Assembly (NCBI RefSeq): GCF_006345805.1
Contig: NW_021835961.1
Span: 19,595-83,594 of the forward strand
Direction of reading: 5' to 3'
Length of the DNA: 64,000 bases
Source: Octopus sinensis
Lineage: Eukaryota
Below, in pieces: positions 51,738 through 63,911 of this stretch; the stretch's first letter is position 1; each line of letters begins with the position of its first letter. The position numbers and the translations under genes were made by a program. A model generated the notes under the pieces. The model saw only the letters and a program-made list of their open reading frames with translations, made no database searches and was not told the DNA's origin.

Positions 51738-54700
51738 TACATATATATCTACATATATACGACGGGCTACTTTCAGTTTCCCTCTACCAAATCCACTCAC
51801 AAGGCTTTGGTCGGCCCGAGGCTATAATAGAAGACACTTACCCAAGGTGCCACGCAGTGGGACTGAACCCAGAACCATGTGGTTTGTAAGCAAGCTACAA
51901 ACCACACAGCCACTTCTACGCGTAATATATTCTATCTTAATTAGCTCTGGAGTGATGATTTCAAACCACTGTTAGTAGTTTACTGGATTTTCTGTTTAAG
52001 GTCCCCATTGCATTCAACTTCCAGTTTGTTGTAATGGAGACAACTGTAGTTTATAACTAGTGTATTTATGCCCACTATTTTATTTCTAACACTAAGTTTA
52101 GTTTGTAATATTAGTCTGTCTCTAAGGCAGTGAGCTGGTAGAATCGTTAGCATGCCAGGCAAAATGCTTAGTGGCATTTCGTCTGTCTTTATTTTCTGAG
52201 TTCAAATTCTGTGAAGGTTGACTTTGCCTTTCAACCTTTTGCAGTAGATAAAATAAGTACCAGTTGAATACTGGAGTTGATCTAATTGACTTACCCCTTC
52301 CCCCGAAATTGCTGGCCTTGCACCAAAATTTGAAACCAATATTAATTTGACTCTGAGGCAGAATCATTAGCGACATTTCACCTGTCTTCACATTTTGAGT
52401 TAAAAATCTGCTGAGGTTGACTTTGCTTTTCATCCTTTTGGGGTTGATAAAATAAGTACCAGTTAAACACTGGGGTCAATGTAATCAACTTATCCCTTCT
52501 GCTGAAATTACTGGCCTTGTGTCAAAATTTGAAATCAGTATTAGTCAGACTCTTCTGTAGCATTGTTTCTTTATACCCTCCTTAATTTTTGTGTTGTATG
52601 TTTTTTTTTTCACTTCCAGGATATTTTTTGCTTATTGATATCTTGCTTAGTTTGTAATATTAGTCTGTCTCTAAGGCAGTGAGCTGGTAGAATCGTTAGC
52701 ATGCCAGGCAAATGCTTAGCAACATTTTGTCTGTCTTTATTTTCTGAGTTCAAATTCTGTGAAGGTTGACTTTGCCTTTCAACCTTTTGCAGTAGATAAA
52801 ATAAGTACCAGTTGAATATCTTGTATCTTTTACTAGTTTCAATAATAGACTGTGGCCATGCTGGGGTACTGCCTTGAATTTTTAGTTGAATGAATCAATC
52901 CCAGTACTTATTTATTTTTTTTAAAGCCTAGTACTTATTCTATTGGTTGCTTTTGCTGAACCGCTAGCTTACTGGGACATAAACAGACCAACTCCAGTTG
53001 TCAAGTGGTGATGGTGGTCAAACACAGACACACACACATAGATGTATAATATATGATGGGATTCTTTCAGCTTCCATTTACCAAATGCACTCACAAGGCT
53101 TTGGTTGTCTCAAAGCAATAGTAGAAACACTTGTCCCCAAAGTGTCATGCAATGGGACTGAACTTGAAACTAGGTGGTTGGGAAACAAGCTTCTTGTCTG
53201 TGCCAATGTACCTTTTGTGTTTGAGCTCCCATTTTTAACTTTTTCATATTGGATCCCACCATTTTTATTTCATTAAGTAAGATAGATCCTTTCTTTTTTT
53301 TCTTACTTGTATGTGTTTATATTTTCTTTCCATTTTTGTTGGGTAAGGTTTCAACAAGAGCCTGTATCTGGTTCCAACCTATTTTACCCTGCTTCTATCT
53401 CTGCTGCTAAATCAATCAATCAGGTCATCCTATCTGTCAATATTCAGGCATTTCATTGCTGTGCATAGAATTTTTTGCATGGCCCTGTTACATTTATCTA
53501 TTTTCTCATAGCTGCTTCTTCAACTGCAGCCTGGACTGTGTTTTTGTTGATCCACATTCATTGATTTGACAATGTTCGCTTTTTCTTTTCTTTATTGATT
53601 TTGCTTAGGCTCTCTCTCGCTGTTGTAATGTGATTTGTGTTTTGATTTATTTTTGCTGTTAGGCAGGACCTCTCAAGAGACATTCTGCAAATTAACGAAG
53701 TAAAACAAAACTTTTTTGCCCCCACTCCTCTTTACTCCTTCACAAAATTCAGGGAGGCTGTGAGTTTTTTTTTTTTTGTGCTTTTGTTTTTGAGAGAAGG
53801 GGCTTATTAGATATTCATAGGCTCCAACCTGGCCTTAAAGGACTTGGCTAAACCCCACTTACATTGGCTCTGTCGTTTGGTGTGAGGGTCAGAAGTATGC
53901 TCTTGTTCATCATCATCATCATCATTTAACTCCCACTTTTCCTTACTTGCATGTGTCACATGGAATTTATCGAGGTAGATTTTTCTATGGCTGGATGCCC
54001 TTCCTGTTGTCAACCCTTGTCTGTTTCCAAGCAAGGTAATATTTCTCCATAGCTAGATGCGTTTTTCATGAACATCCTTCAATGTATTATAATGATGCTC
54101 ATTTGCAACCATCCTGCAATATCTAGGCAAGGGTGTATACACACACATGGGCTTCTTTCAGTTTCTGCTTATCAAATCCACTTAACATAGCTTTGGTCAG
54201 CCCAGGGCTTTAGTGGAAGATACTGTCCAAGTTGCCACACACTGGGACTGAACCAAAAAATCTGCATGGTTGGGAAGTAAGCTTCTCAACCACACAGCCA
54301 CACTTGTTATGACTAAAGCAGTTGGTGTTTGGAAGGGCATCCAGCCATAGAAATCATGCTAAAAATAGACACTTAGAGCCTCGACAGCTCTTCGCTTGCC
54401 CAGTTCCTGTCAAACTATCCACCCCATGCCAGCATGGGAAGCAGACATTAAATGATGATGTGTATTTGGTTGAGTGTTTCTATGTGATAGTGGTGTTTGG
54501 AGATATCTATACTCTCTCATCTTTTTGGATTTGTTATTTTTTTTTCTTCTCTATGTTGCTTTACTGTAATGTCTTAATAGTATCGTGTAGTGACTTTTCT
54601 ATTATTTTCACTATATTGTAAGTGCACTTGTCACTGTTGTGTTCTTGTATCTTTTTTCCGGGTCTTGCATGTTTTGTATGTGGTGGGTTATATAATGATG

Positions 54701-55334
54701 TTTTTATAGGTTTGTTTGTAGGTGACATTTTTTTACATACAGTTGACTGTTTTGTTTGATTTTTCAATCTTTATTCTGTTTACAGTTTGTTTTCAATTTG
54801 GGCATTTCATTATTCTTTTATTGTGAATATCTATATTCATGAGTATGTCAGTGTATTTGCTGTAATAGTTTTCTTCACAACAGAATCATCAGAGCTTTTT
54901 ATTCAATGTTATGTTATGTTGTGTTTGTTTTGGCTGTCTGTGTTCTGACTTCAAATCCTCTTGAAAGTCAATTTGCTTTTCATCCTTTCAGGTCTATAAA
55001 ATAAATTACCAGTTAAGTACTGAGGTTGATAGTATCAGCTAACCACCACTTCTCAAAAAAACTGTTGGACTTATGCTTAAATTAGAAACAACCCTCTCTT
55101 CCCTGCTTTAATTTGAAGTATCTGCACACAAGTCTCAACCAAAGACATCAAGAGACAACAAGTTATTTGCATTTGAAGATGCAAAAAATATTTGGGTATC
55201 ATGCAGTTGAAAATCTGATGTTTGTGTGTTATATATACAAAAGAAAAAATTACTTTTTTTATAAAATTTATTATACAACTGAATGAATAAGATTGTATTT
55301 ATTACTTTTCTTATTATAATTATTTAAAAGTATA

Positions 55335-55369
<35 letters not shown>

Positions 55370-55581
55370 TTAAAACTAGCAGGATCATCGGCATGCTGGT
55401 TGAAATGCTAAGCAGTATTTCATCTGTCTATGCTTTCTGAGTTCAAATTGGCCTTTGATCCTTTTAGGATCAATAAAATAAGTACCAGTTTAGTACTGGG
55501 ATCGATGTAATCGACTTACTCCCTCCCCCGAAATCGATGTCCTTGTGCCAAAATTTGAAATCACCATCATCATCATTATTA

Positions 55582-55613
<32 letters not shown>

Positions 55614-55723
55614 TTATAGATCTATGCCAAAAAGCAAAAAGTACAACGAAAGAAATTTTGGGGGGACATGAGGATTATAAAGCGTGATGTGCCTCGGACT
55701 GACCGTAACCATGAACTTTTTCG
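37243..55723 (+). CDS. TBC-domain Rab GTPase-activating protein (TBC1D15/16/25-like, split TBC domain), multi-exon, 3' end outside window
   Basis: Exons 37243-37454, 38861-38936, 40517-40629, 43356-44074 and 55620-55723 all have AG/GT boundaries and join in frame (phases 1,2,1,0). Product: ...PPLNEEKFLTMFDSDGRLVQERQLRKAVFLG-GIQPSLRKSVWPFLFGMYPCQSTK-REREIIKLEYVIKYHEMK...QINFIDFQAQ-IYAKKQKVQRKKFWGDMRIIKRDVPRTDRNHELF. It contains the TBC LRxxxW motif and the IxxDxxR arginine finger. The YxQ (Q-finger) exon was not found in the window. Confidence 0.9.
38861..38936 (+). CDS. TBC gene exon (GIQPSLRKSVWPFLFGMYPCQSTK)
   Basis: ttcttcattag acceptor, AG|gtatgg donor; TBC N-terminal motif. Confidence 0.92.
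39869..40251 (+). mobile_element. SINE with third tRNA head plus family-C 3' module
   Basis: GTGGAGGCGCAATGGCCCAGTGG...TTTCGATTCCC head. Confidence 0.8.
40517..40629 (+). CDS. TBC gene exon (EREIIKLEYVIKYHEMK...ANTG)
   Basis: tttgttgcag acceptor, G|gtaagt donor; in frame with both neighbours. Confidence 0.88.
40987..41385 (+). mobile_element. SINE family A
   Basis: Copy with a small internal deletion. Confidence 0.85.
42014..42222. mobile_element. TTAA-flanked MITE (piggyBac-like), family I
   Basis: TTAACCCTTTAGCATT...AATGCTAAAGAGTTA TIRs; interrupted copy at 27846-28185. Confidence 0.6.
43356..44074 (+). CDS. TBC gene large exon, Ser-rich insert
   Basis: 719-bp stop-free exon (longest ORF in the track), ttccag acceptor, CAG|gtgagt donor, in frame with both neighbours. 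Confidence 0.88.
46640..47585 (-). mobile_element. R4/Dong-clade (RLE endonuclease) LINE 3' remnant
   Basis: Degenerate RGLMRVEE..., NKIAAIIHKNFCRKFGF...SYNH...NDEMRLLWDFPI, ECPFDTRVK, IITGALQTI...KTCRLGSARIIQKV. Confidence 0.8.
47600..48600 (+). mobile_element. Tx1/L1-type LINE ORF2 3' remnant
   Basis: FPQLSSLTELQSWVKKRPR... and CLRCTHNEETILHALVQ.PSIADLW..V zinc-knuckle-like C-terminus with stops and frameshifts. Confidence 0.7.
48727..49128 (-). mobile_element. SINE family A
   Basis: Full reverse copy. Confidence 0.85.
50050..50320. repeat. Compound (ATT)/(ATC)/(TTC) microsatellite
   Basis: Seen directly. Other tracts: (TA)n 17780-17827, (ATT)n 50460-50520 and 60974-61032, (TG)n 61198-61250, (CAT)n 61420-61460. 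Confidence 0.95.
51139..51421. mobile_element. Fold-back MITE with TA at both ends
   Basis: ~130-bp near-perfect inverted arms (51139-51268, 51291-51421) with a 22-nt loop. Confidence 0.75.
51503..51922 (-). mobile_element. SINE family A
   Basis: Full reverse copy. Confidence 0.85.
54465..54945 (-). mobile_element. Highly degenerate Penelope-like fragment
   Basis: A-rich minus strand typical of PLEs and a CTGATGA...GAAAAC motif at 54859-54895; no clear protein motif. Confidence 0.3.
55620..55723 (+). CDS. TBC gene exon with arginine finger (IIKRDVPRTDR)
   Basis: ttttatag acceptor, CG|gtaatt donor, phase 0 start; DVPRTDR motif. Confidence 0.9.
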
Positions 55724-55933
55724 GTAATTATCCTCTTTCTTTTTGACTGGAATTTCATTGGTGATGTTTACTTGCTATCTAAAACTACGTTGCTAATTGG
55801 TTTAATTAGCTTAACTGTCTTTAATTCATTAACGAGAGGAGAGAAAAAAAACAGATTTAATTTGAAGCTTCAGTGTGTTTGAGTGTATATGTCTTTATGT
55901 GTTTGTGTTTGAGTCTGTCTATATAATGTGGTG

Positions 55934-55965
<32 letters not shown>

Positions 55966-56132
55966 TAGAGACTCAAGAAAGAAAATGCAATATATACTTG
56001 ATTATTTCAGTAGACTTGTCAGGTAAATGAAAACAAAGAATATTAATGTATCATCATCATCATCATCGTCATCATCAACATCATTGCTCTTGTCATCATT
56101 GTTGCTACTGCTGCCACCACTGAAATCTTATT

Positions 56133-56538
56133 TACTCTTTTACTTGTTTCAGTCATTTGACTGCGGCCATGCTGGAGCACCGCCTTAATCGAGCAACTCG
56201 ACCCCGGGACTTATTCTTTTGTAAGCCCAGTACTTATTCTATCGGTCTCTTTTGCCGAACCGCTAAGTAACGGGGACATAAACACACCAGCATCGGTTGT
56301 CAAGCAATGCTAGGGGGACAAGCACAGACACACAAACACCACGCATATATATATATATATATATATACATATATACGACGGGCTTCTTTCAGTTTCCGTC
56401 TACCAAATCCACTCACAAGGCTTTGGTTGGGCCCGAGGCTATAGTAGAAGACACTTGCCCAAGGTGCCACGCAGTAGGACTGAACCCGGAACCATGTGGT
56501 TGTAGACAAGCTACTTACCACACAGCCACTCCTGCGCC
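56133..56538 (-). mobile_element. SINE family A (young, CpG-intact)
   Basis: Full reverse copy. Confidence 0.85.
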
Positions 56539-56904
56539 TATTTGTCATCATTAGCTTCTGTTTCAAACTGGGTCAGCTCTGATTGAATAGACCTATGATG
56601 GAAAGTGTTCCAGTTACAACCACTTCAGCCTATCCCATCCTTCTCTTGGTCATTGCATACCTTGGACTACATTATCTAATGTGTCCTTCCATTTCTAAAA
56701 GTGATAGGCTGTGATTTAATGGTGATTTGACTAATTTTTAGCTGGGCATGTGGCCATGTAGAGGCTCACACTTTGGTCTACTCTCTCTTTGAATTAATCT
56801 CATCATCATCAGGTTATTGTTATGTGAGAGATTCTATTTGAAATGAGGTTACAAATGTTACTTGTGTGTGTGTGTATGCTTGTGTGTGTGAGTGTATATT
56901 TGTG

Positions 56905-56945
<41 letters not shown>

Positions 56946-57381
56946 ATAATAGGTGTGGCAGAGTGATTTAGAAGTTTGCTTCTCAATCGCATAAGTTTGA
57001 GTTCAGCCCACTGCGTGGCACCTTTAGACCTATAGCAAGTGTCTTCAACCTATAGCCTATTGTAGATTGTAACTGAAAAAAAAATAATTGTCATATATAT
57101 ATATAGCAAAAGAGGAAGTGGTGTTTCCATGCAGGAAAAAAATATAGGAAAATGCACTTAAATTTCAAAAGCTCGTAAATGTTTAAAATACATTTATTTA
57201 CATATATATCAAACCAGTTTCAACAATATTTTTTGTTTATCAATGATAAGTGTAAAATTAGAAAAACATTGTTATAAGTTTTAATGTTGGCAAATCATTA
57301 AAACATTTTAATTTACAACATTGAAACATTTTGATTTGTCAACATTGAAACTTATATATAATTTTTTTCAAAACATATTTC

Positions 57382-57415
<34 letters not shown>

Positions 57416-57917
57416 ATATATATATTATATATATATCCGGGTATAAAAAATCTGCCTCCTCTTGATCTATCAAGCATGGAAAATATGATGATGCAAGGGG
57501 AGAGTTTCTACTTTGGTTACATGATCTGCTCATATAAACACTCATATGTGTGTGCATGTCTCTCTCTATATATATATACACAAACACACACACACACACA
57601 CACATGCACACGCATATGTATACACTCTTGCATTACATCATTATTATGAACATACCCCAGTATTTGGAGGCTATTCAGGCATTCTAGCTTCTGATTGGAT
57701 TAAATTGTTTCTTCACACAATTTTGATTTCTTATTGTATATCCGGGTATAGAAAATCTGCCTCAGTGATCTCCACTTGATTCCTGCAAGCATGGAAACAA
57801 GTGATGATGATGATGGTGATATATATATATTCAAAGTACAGAGACATGGCACAATGATAATGATGCAATGAAAAAGTTTCTACTTTGTTGCATGATCTGC
57901 TCAATATAAACACTCAC

Positions 57918-57959
<42 letters not shown>

Positions 57960-57978
57960 TTATAGTAATCCCCCAACT

Positions 57979-58280
57979 GTGGAGGCGCAATGGCCCAATG
58001 GTTAGGGCAGCGGACTCGCGGTCGGAGGGTTGCGATTTCGATTCCCAGACCGGGCATTGTGTGTGTTTATTGAGCGAAAACACCTAAAAGCTCCGCGAGG
58101 CTCCAGCAAGGGGTGGTGGTGACCCCTGTTGTACTCTTTCACCCCCAACTTTCTCTCACTCTTTCTTCCTGTTTCTTGAGTAATCCTGCGATGAACTGGC
58201 GTCCCGTCCAGCTGGGGGGAACTCATACGCCACAGAAACCAGGAAACCGGGGCCATGAGCCTGGCTAGGCTTGAAAAGGG
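57979..58280 (+). mobile_element. SINE with third tRNA head plus a different 3' module
   Basis: First ~200 bp match 39869-40070, then CCTGCGATGAACTGGCGTCCCGTCCAG tail. Confidence 0.8.
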
Positions 58281-60083
58281 CACAAAGGAACAAAGAAGAA
58301 TCTCTCAACTATTGTGAGTGTTACGTTCCCAAACTCCCCCACGACAGTTGAAAATCTGTGAAGTAGAAACAGTGCTGTATTGTATATTTTTTTAATAATT
58401 TTTTTTATAATCTCTATATATTTATTTTATCATAAATGTAAAACAACGTAAGCTTAAATAATAAACCGTGAAAGGTGAACCGCGATATGGCGATATGTAT
58501 GTATATAGTTTATAGGTTAGAGACATGTATGTACATATGTATGTGTGCATGTATGTATTTATACACTCCTACATTGCATCATTATTATTGGTATGCCCCA
58601 GTATTTGGAGCCTACTCCGGCATTCTAGCTGCTGATTGGATGAATTGTTTCCTCCTCACATAATCTTAATTTCTTATCATATTAACCTGAACTATGTCCA
58701 ATCATGTGTGTGATAGAATCATTGTTTGGCTGCTTGTGTTATATTTAAATCTTTAGAGACTTTTTTTTTCTTTTTTCCTTCTTCACCTAACATAGTTTTT
58801 ACATACTCATTAGCAGAGCTTGATATTACTTGTCATTATCTCATTAAGTGGCTTTTTCTCAACTTTGTGTTTATGTGTAATTGTGTCTTTTGTGTGTGTG
58901 TGAGTGTTGTGGGTGTTGATCAATAAAATTTGTTTTGTCCCACATTTATCCAGTATCCTGTATTTTATTTTGCCATTTTTCTAGTTACAGAATTCTAAGA
59001 TTTGTCTGAAGTTGTCAAAATTCGAATATGCAAACTAGTGGAAAGAATAAATTTTTGCATCTATTATTATGTCTGTCTGTGAGGCAGCAAGCTTGTAGGA
59101 TTTAGCACACTGGGCAAAATGCTTAGTAGTATTTTGGCCATCTTTAAGTTCTGAGTTCAAATTCCTCTGGCGTCGACTTCGCCTTTCATCTTTTCAGGTC
59201 GATAAAATAAGTATCGCTGGTTCAATGTAATCAATTTATTCCCTGCCCCCAAATTGCTGGCGTTGTGTCAAATTAGAAAGCGTTATTATGTTTCCCTATC
59301 ATTGGAGGCAATGGGCCGACCACTCATGTTATTGACATAACCTTTCTGTTGCAGAAATGAATGTCTGGCAGTTACTGGTCCTACATTTGAAAGTTCCTCC
59401 TGGATAGGGCACCAGTCCTTCACAAGGTTAACTCCAGCTGCTATTTGTACTCATTTTCATTTGAGAGGACACGATAACACATGTACTCAAGGATAGCTTG
59501 GTACAACTTGGTCCAAGTGTTGAATGTATAAGCATATGAGCTTGACTCCAACATCTTTACACATAGCTATATATGTTCACCACCTATTATTATTATTATA
59601 GAATTTTTTTTGTTTTAATTATTATTTCTATGATGATTGGAGAAAATGTCTGATTAATCAGTATTATTTATTGTTTCACTCTTCTTCAAATGTATTAAAT
59701 ACACACTTATTAGGAGTTTAGCAGCATGGGTTGGTTATCAGAAGTTACTTACTCCTCATGTTCAGTATGTTTTGGTTCTTTGAACTTTCCTGCACAATCT
59801 GGAGCAGTCAGAGCTACACATAATGCACAAATTATTTAACAGGAGCATATAGTAACTATCAGTACATAAATATAAGAAAAATCCAGTGGACCTAGTTCAC
59901 ATAAAGGCTCTGAAGTGTAATTCAAATCATTTGAGCACTAATATATTGAGCATCTCTTGACTCTGTGTGTGTGTGTGTGTGTGGATGTGTGTAACATACC
60001 TACTCTATTAACAAATATATAGGCACCTATTTTTTCTGACATAGATTCTTAAACTAAATGTGTATATATATATATATATATAT

Positions 60084-60972
60084 GCCAATTTAAAGAATGC
60101 CACAGTATTGAAATATGCAGACGACATCAAGCTGTACCTTGAAATCAAGAGGACAGATCCTGATGTCTACAACTCTTTCCTGCAATCAGACCTAGACACA
60201 ATGCAGCAATGGATCACAGACTGGCAACTGAAACTGGCTGTGGACAAGTGTACCACCATGCATTTTGGGAGAAAAAAACCCTGCGTTCACATACTCCCTC
60301 CACAACACTGATATCAAGAAATCCTCTGCGAGCGTGACCTAGGCATCACTGTCAGCAGTGATTTGCGTTGGTCAAAGCATATCTCTAAGATTGTCAGGAA
60401 GGCCGAGGGTGTCTTGGCATCACTCAGCAGGTCTTTTGTTAGCCGCTCTCCAGCCATCTATTTAAAACTGTATACAGCTATGGTACGACCACACTTGGAA
60501 TTCGCATCATCAGTTTGGAACCCCTATCTTGCACAGAACATTGATCTCCTGGAATCTGTCCAGAGACGTGCAACCAAACGCATACCCTCCATCAGACACC
60601 TACCATATTCTGAGCGCCTTGTTTCCCTGGGCATGGATTCACTGAAGCTCCGGCGTTTGGCGACGGACTTGGTAAACCCCCAAAAGTTATCAACCACCTC
60701 ACCACAACAATACTGAACACCTTTTTGATCTCCATGTGTCTAACACACGTGGACATGCCTACAAAGTCAGAAAACAATACAGCTCCCATGACTTTCGGAA
60801 ACATTTTTCACGCTCAGAGTTGCTGAAGCATGGAATAAACTGCCTGCGTCAGTTGTTGACTGCCATGACACTGCATCTTTTAAGGCCCTCATGCTTTCCG
60901 AAATCCGCCGAAACTACACCTGATTATATATACACTTTAGATGAGTTGTAGTGCACCTGAGCACTGTACACA

Positions 60973-61032
<60 letters not shown>
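60084..61032 (+). mobile_element. 5'-truncated CR1/L2-type LINE (RT C-terminal half, 3' UTR, (ATT)n tail)
   Basis: YADD at 60114-60125; LQSDLD..W...WQL.L..DKC, RDLG, VRPHLEFASSVWNPY, LESVQRRATK, WNKLP motifs; a few frameshifts. Confidence 0.92.
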
Positions 61033-61197
61033 GATGCAGACCAAGTCAAGATGACAGGGTACTGAGGATGAAGTGGGTCGATACTGGCAAATAGGCTGCG
61101 ATCAACGAAAAATAAATAGTCAGTTGAATTGGTGCACGCACAAATGAGTAGCGACCGGGAGAAAAAATGCACAGATGTTAGCGAGGTTCGAAAGAGT

Positions 61198-61250
<53 letters not shown>

Positions 61251-61422
61251 TGTATAACAAAGGAATTACAGATCATATTCCGGAATTAGTCGCTATACTT
61301 TCATATTCATTACCATACCAGCATTATTCTTGCGTCACTTCAGTTTATGACTATTCTGTTTCTTGGCCTTATGCCTAAATCAGAAACCATAATTATCGTG
61401 TGTCTTCGAAAACTTTCATTGT

Positions 61423-61459
<37 letters not shown>

Positions 61460-61996
61460 ACACCAAGTGTTTTGGTATCTGTATTACTGGACATCTTCAC
61501 ATGCCTTATCATCTTGGCATACATGAGCACTCTTTCAGCATACACAGTCGAGTGTATAAATAGTTATGAAGGTATCGTATTTTCAGAATATTGACTGCTG
61601 TCATAGGCACACTGCCTCACATTTGAGGAGAGAGATTACAGTAGTTCAAAATCGATATTGGGATTCATAAACAGAGCGTAAAGAACTAATTAAACACCAA
61701 AAGGTATTTTCTTCCGTTCATCTACCAATTCTGTCAATGTCATTAATACTGAGCTGCTTAACAATTTCAGATTATCATGAAAAAAATGTAATTTTGGTTT
61801 CAAATTTTGGCACAAGGCCAGCAATTTCGCGAGAAGGATTAAGTCGATCACTGATACTTATTTTACCGACATCAAAAGAAAGTCGACCTTGGCAGAATTT
61901 GAACTCAGAATGTAAAGACGGACGAAATACTGCTGAGCATTTTACCCTGAGTGATAAGGATTCTGCCAGATCGCCACCAAAAGGAAATATATCATA

Positions 61997-62464
61997 CTAG
62001 CCTTGAAGTCACCCTTCGGGTGGCATTCACGCTGCCTCCTGCGGAGGGCACCTTTCAGACCTTCGACCCAATATCGGGCCACTTCGCGGCCCTCTTACCT
62101 TTTGTAATGAAACTTATTTCTGCAAATGTGTTAGGTACTGATGCTAATCATAGTTTAATCAATAATCGTAGGAGCGAGGTAAATGCAGTAAAAATAGGGG
62201 AGGGGCCAGTGGGTCCCCATTTAAGCGGCCCCCTTCAGAAATTGAACCTCTTTACAATACTCCCTGGGAGTTCGTGATATGAAATTCAGTCATTGCTCCG
62301 ATTTGGTCGCCAATATAATGTATTTATATGCAGTAAAAATAGGGGGGTCAGTTGGATTCCAATTAGGAACCCTTAAAAAAACAGACCCCCTTCAACGGTC
62401 TAGGAGGAATTAATAAACATAAAAACATAAAGGACTGAGAACATCACTCAAATTTATATTAAGA
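61997..62464 (-). mobile_element. Non-autonomous Helitron, second family
   Basis: Minus strand A|TCTTAATATAAA 5' end; GC hairpin GAATGCCACCCGAAGGGTGACTTC then CTAG|T at 61997; internal direct repeat tgcagtaaaaatagggg. Confidence 0.65.
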
Positions 62465-63093
62465 TATCAAACAATGCCCGCAGTTCAATTTCAGAATTAT
62501 TCCCCTTGAGGTCTTCCCTGGAATTATCTCCCTTACATTACCTATTTACTATTGGCATCTCAAAACAGCTTCTTTTGTCTGTTTGTACTCATTCTATCCG
62601 TTTGTTTTATCGAACCTCTAAGTTACAGGCACATATATCACTGGTTGTCAGGTGGTGGGGGTGAACACACACACACGCACACAAGGCATACAATTTACTT
62701 TTCGATCTCAAGCTTTCTAAACAGTCTTTTGTATCAACTGTAAACTTGTAAAGATATATTTCTTGCCTTACATAATCTGACTTCTCACAACCTAATATAT
62801 TTTAATCATCCTCATAACAAAATTTCAGGAAACTAAAAATAAAAAAAAAAATTGTCTCTTTATTTCATTATCATTAACTGACTTTCTTTGTTGCTGGAAT
62901 TGGAAGTTACATAAGATATTTCCTAACAAAATACCTTACTAAAGCTTAATCCTGTACGCAGTGGCAACTTCCATCTAAAAGTAACTTACTGTTAAACACA
63001 AATTCGTATCAGTCGCGATATTTATTTTAAACATATCTCTCATAAATATTATAATAGCATAAATATCAACCTTTAAAAAAAATAAGGGAGTAA

Positions 63094-63410
63094 AGACCCT
63101 CCACCCACCCCACTTCGGTCATGAATGACCGTGGGATTGCGCCTAGAAAGTTCCCCTTCGAGGCAATGCTGTCCGAGCAATGTTGTTTATGGAAGACCAA
63201 CAGTCGCCCATACATACCAGCCTCTCCTCTCCACGCCATCGATGTTATCCAAGAGAAAGGAAAAGGTCGATACAGCTTGGCGCCAGGGACGTCGCAGCAC
63301 ATTTCTACAACATGAAATAAAATGTTTTGCTCCAGAATACAACACACACACAGCCAGGTCCAAGAATCGACCTCACTACCTCATGATTGTGAGCCGAAGT
63401 TCTAACCACA
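63094..63410 (-). mobile_element. SINE family B
   Basis: CpG-retaining copy homologous to 4722-5052 and 5823-6160. Confidence 0.8.
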
Positions 63411-63659
63411 TCATAAATATTAGCCTCTCTAGTATAGTATTATACAAAAGACATCATATCTTAAATTTACATTGTATATTATACAAGATGGTTAGAAAAG
63501 TTCCTTTATCACACACACACACTCACACACACGTCCATTTCATATATCTTCTTTCAATTTCTGCTCTCTGCAAACCACATTTTTACGGATACAACTGCTT
63601 ACAAAAATAGGGATTAATGTATAATTTCTTTCTATGTTCATAATTAAATCAATGTTTTA

Positions 63660-63911
63660 ATGATTAGACAGAGGTCCAATAGAATAGCTCTCAGAAACAG
63701 ACTATGTACAAATTCGTTATTCACAACTCCTGAAGCTGTTTTCTGACAAGGGTGGGGGAGTCAGGAAATTTTCATACAGCTGGAGGCTCGAATCGAAACA
63801 GGGGACCCGAAATGATAAGGTTGAGAAACGGTGTTGTAGATTATGCCTAACCGAAAACGATCACAGCCACATCATCCAAACAGACCGGGTGGGACCGGGC
63901 TTAGCTGCTAG
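63660..63911 (+). mobile_element. Helitron 3' end, third family
   Basis: CCGGGTGGGACCGG hairpin followed by GCTGCTAG|T at 63908-63912; 5' end not located. Confidence 0.5.

Noticed and set aside
59355-59500. Candidate next TBC exon after ttctgttgcag
   Set aside because: The in-phase translation (NECLAVTGPTFESSSW...) lacks the expected GYxQGM motif and runs into a stop; the true exon is probably beyond the window.
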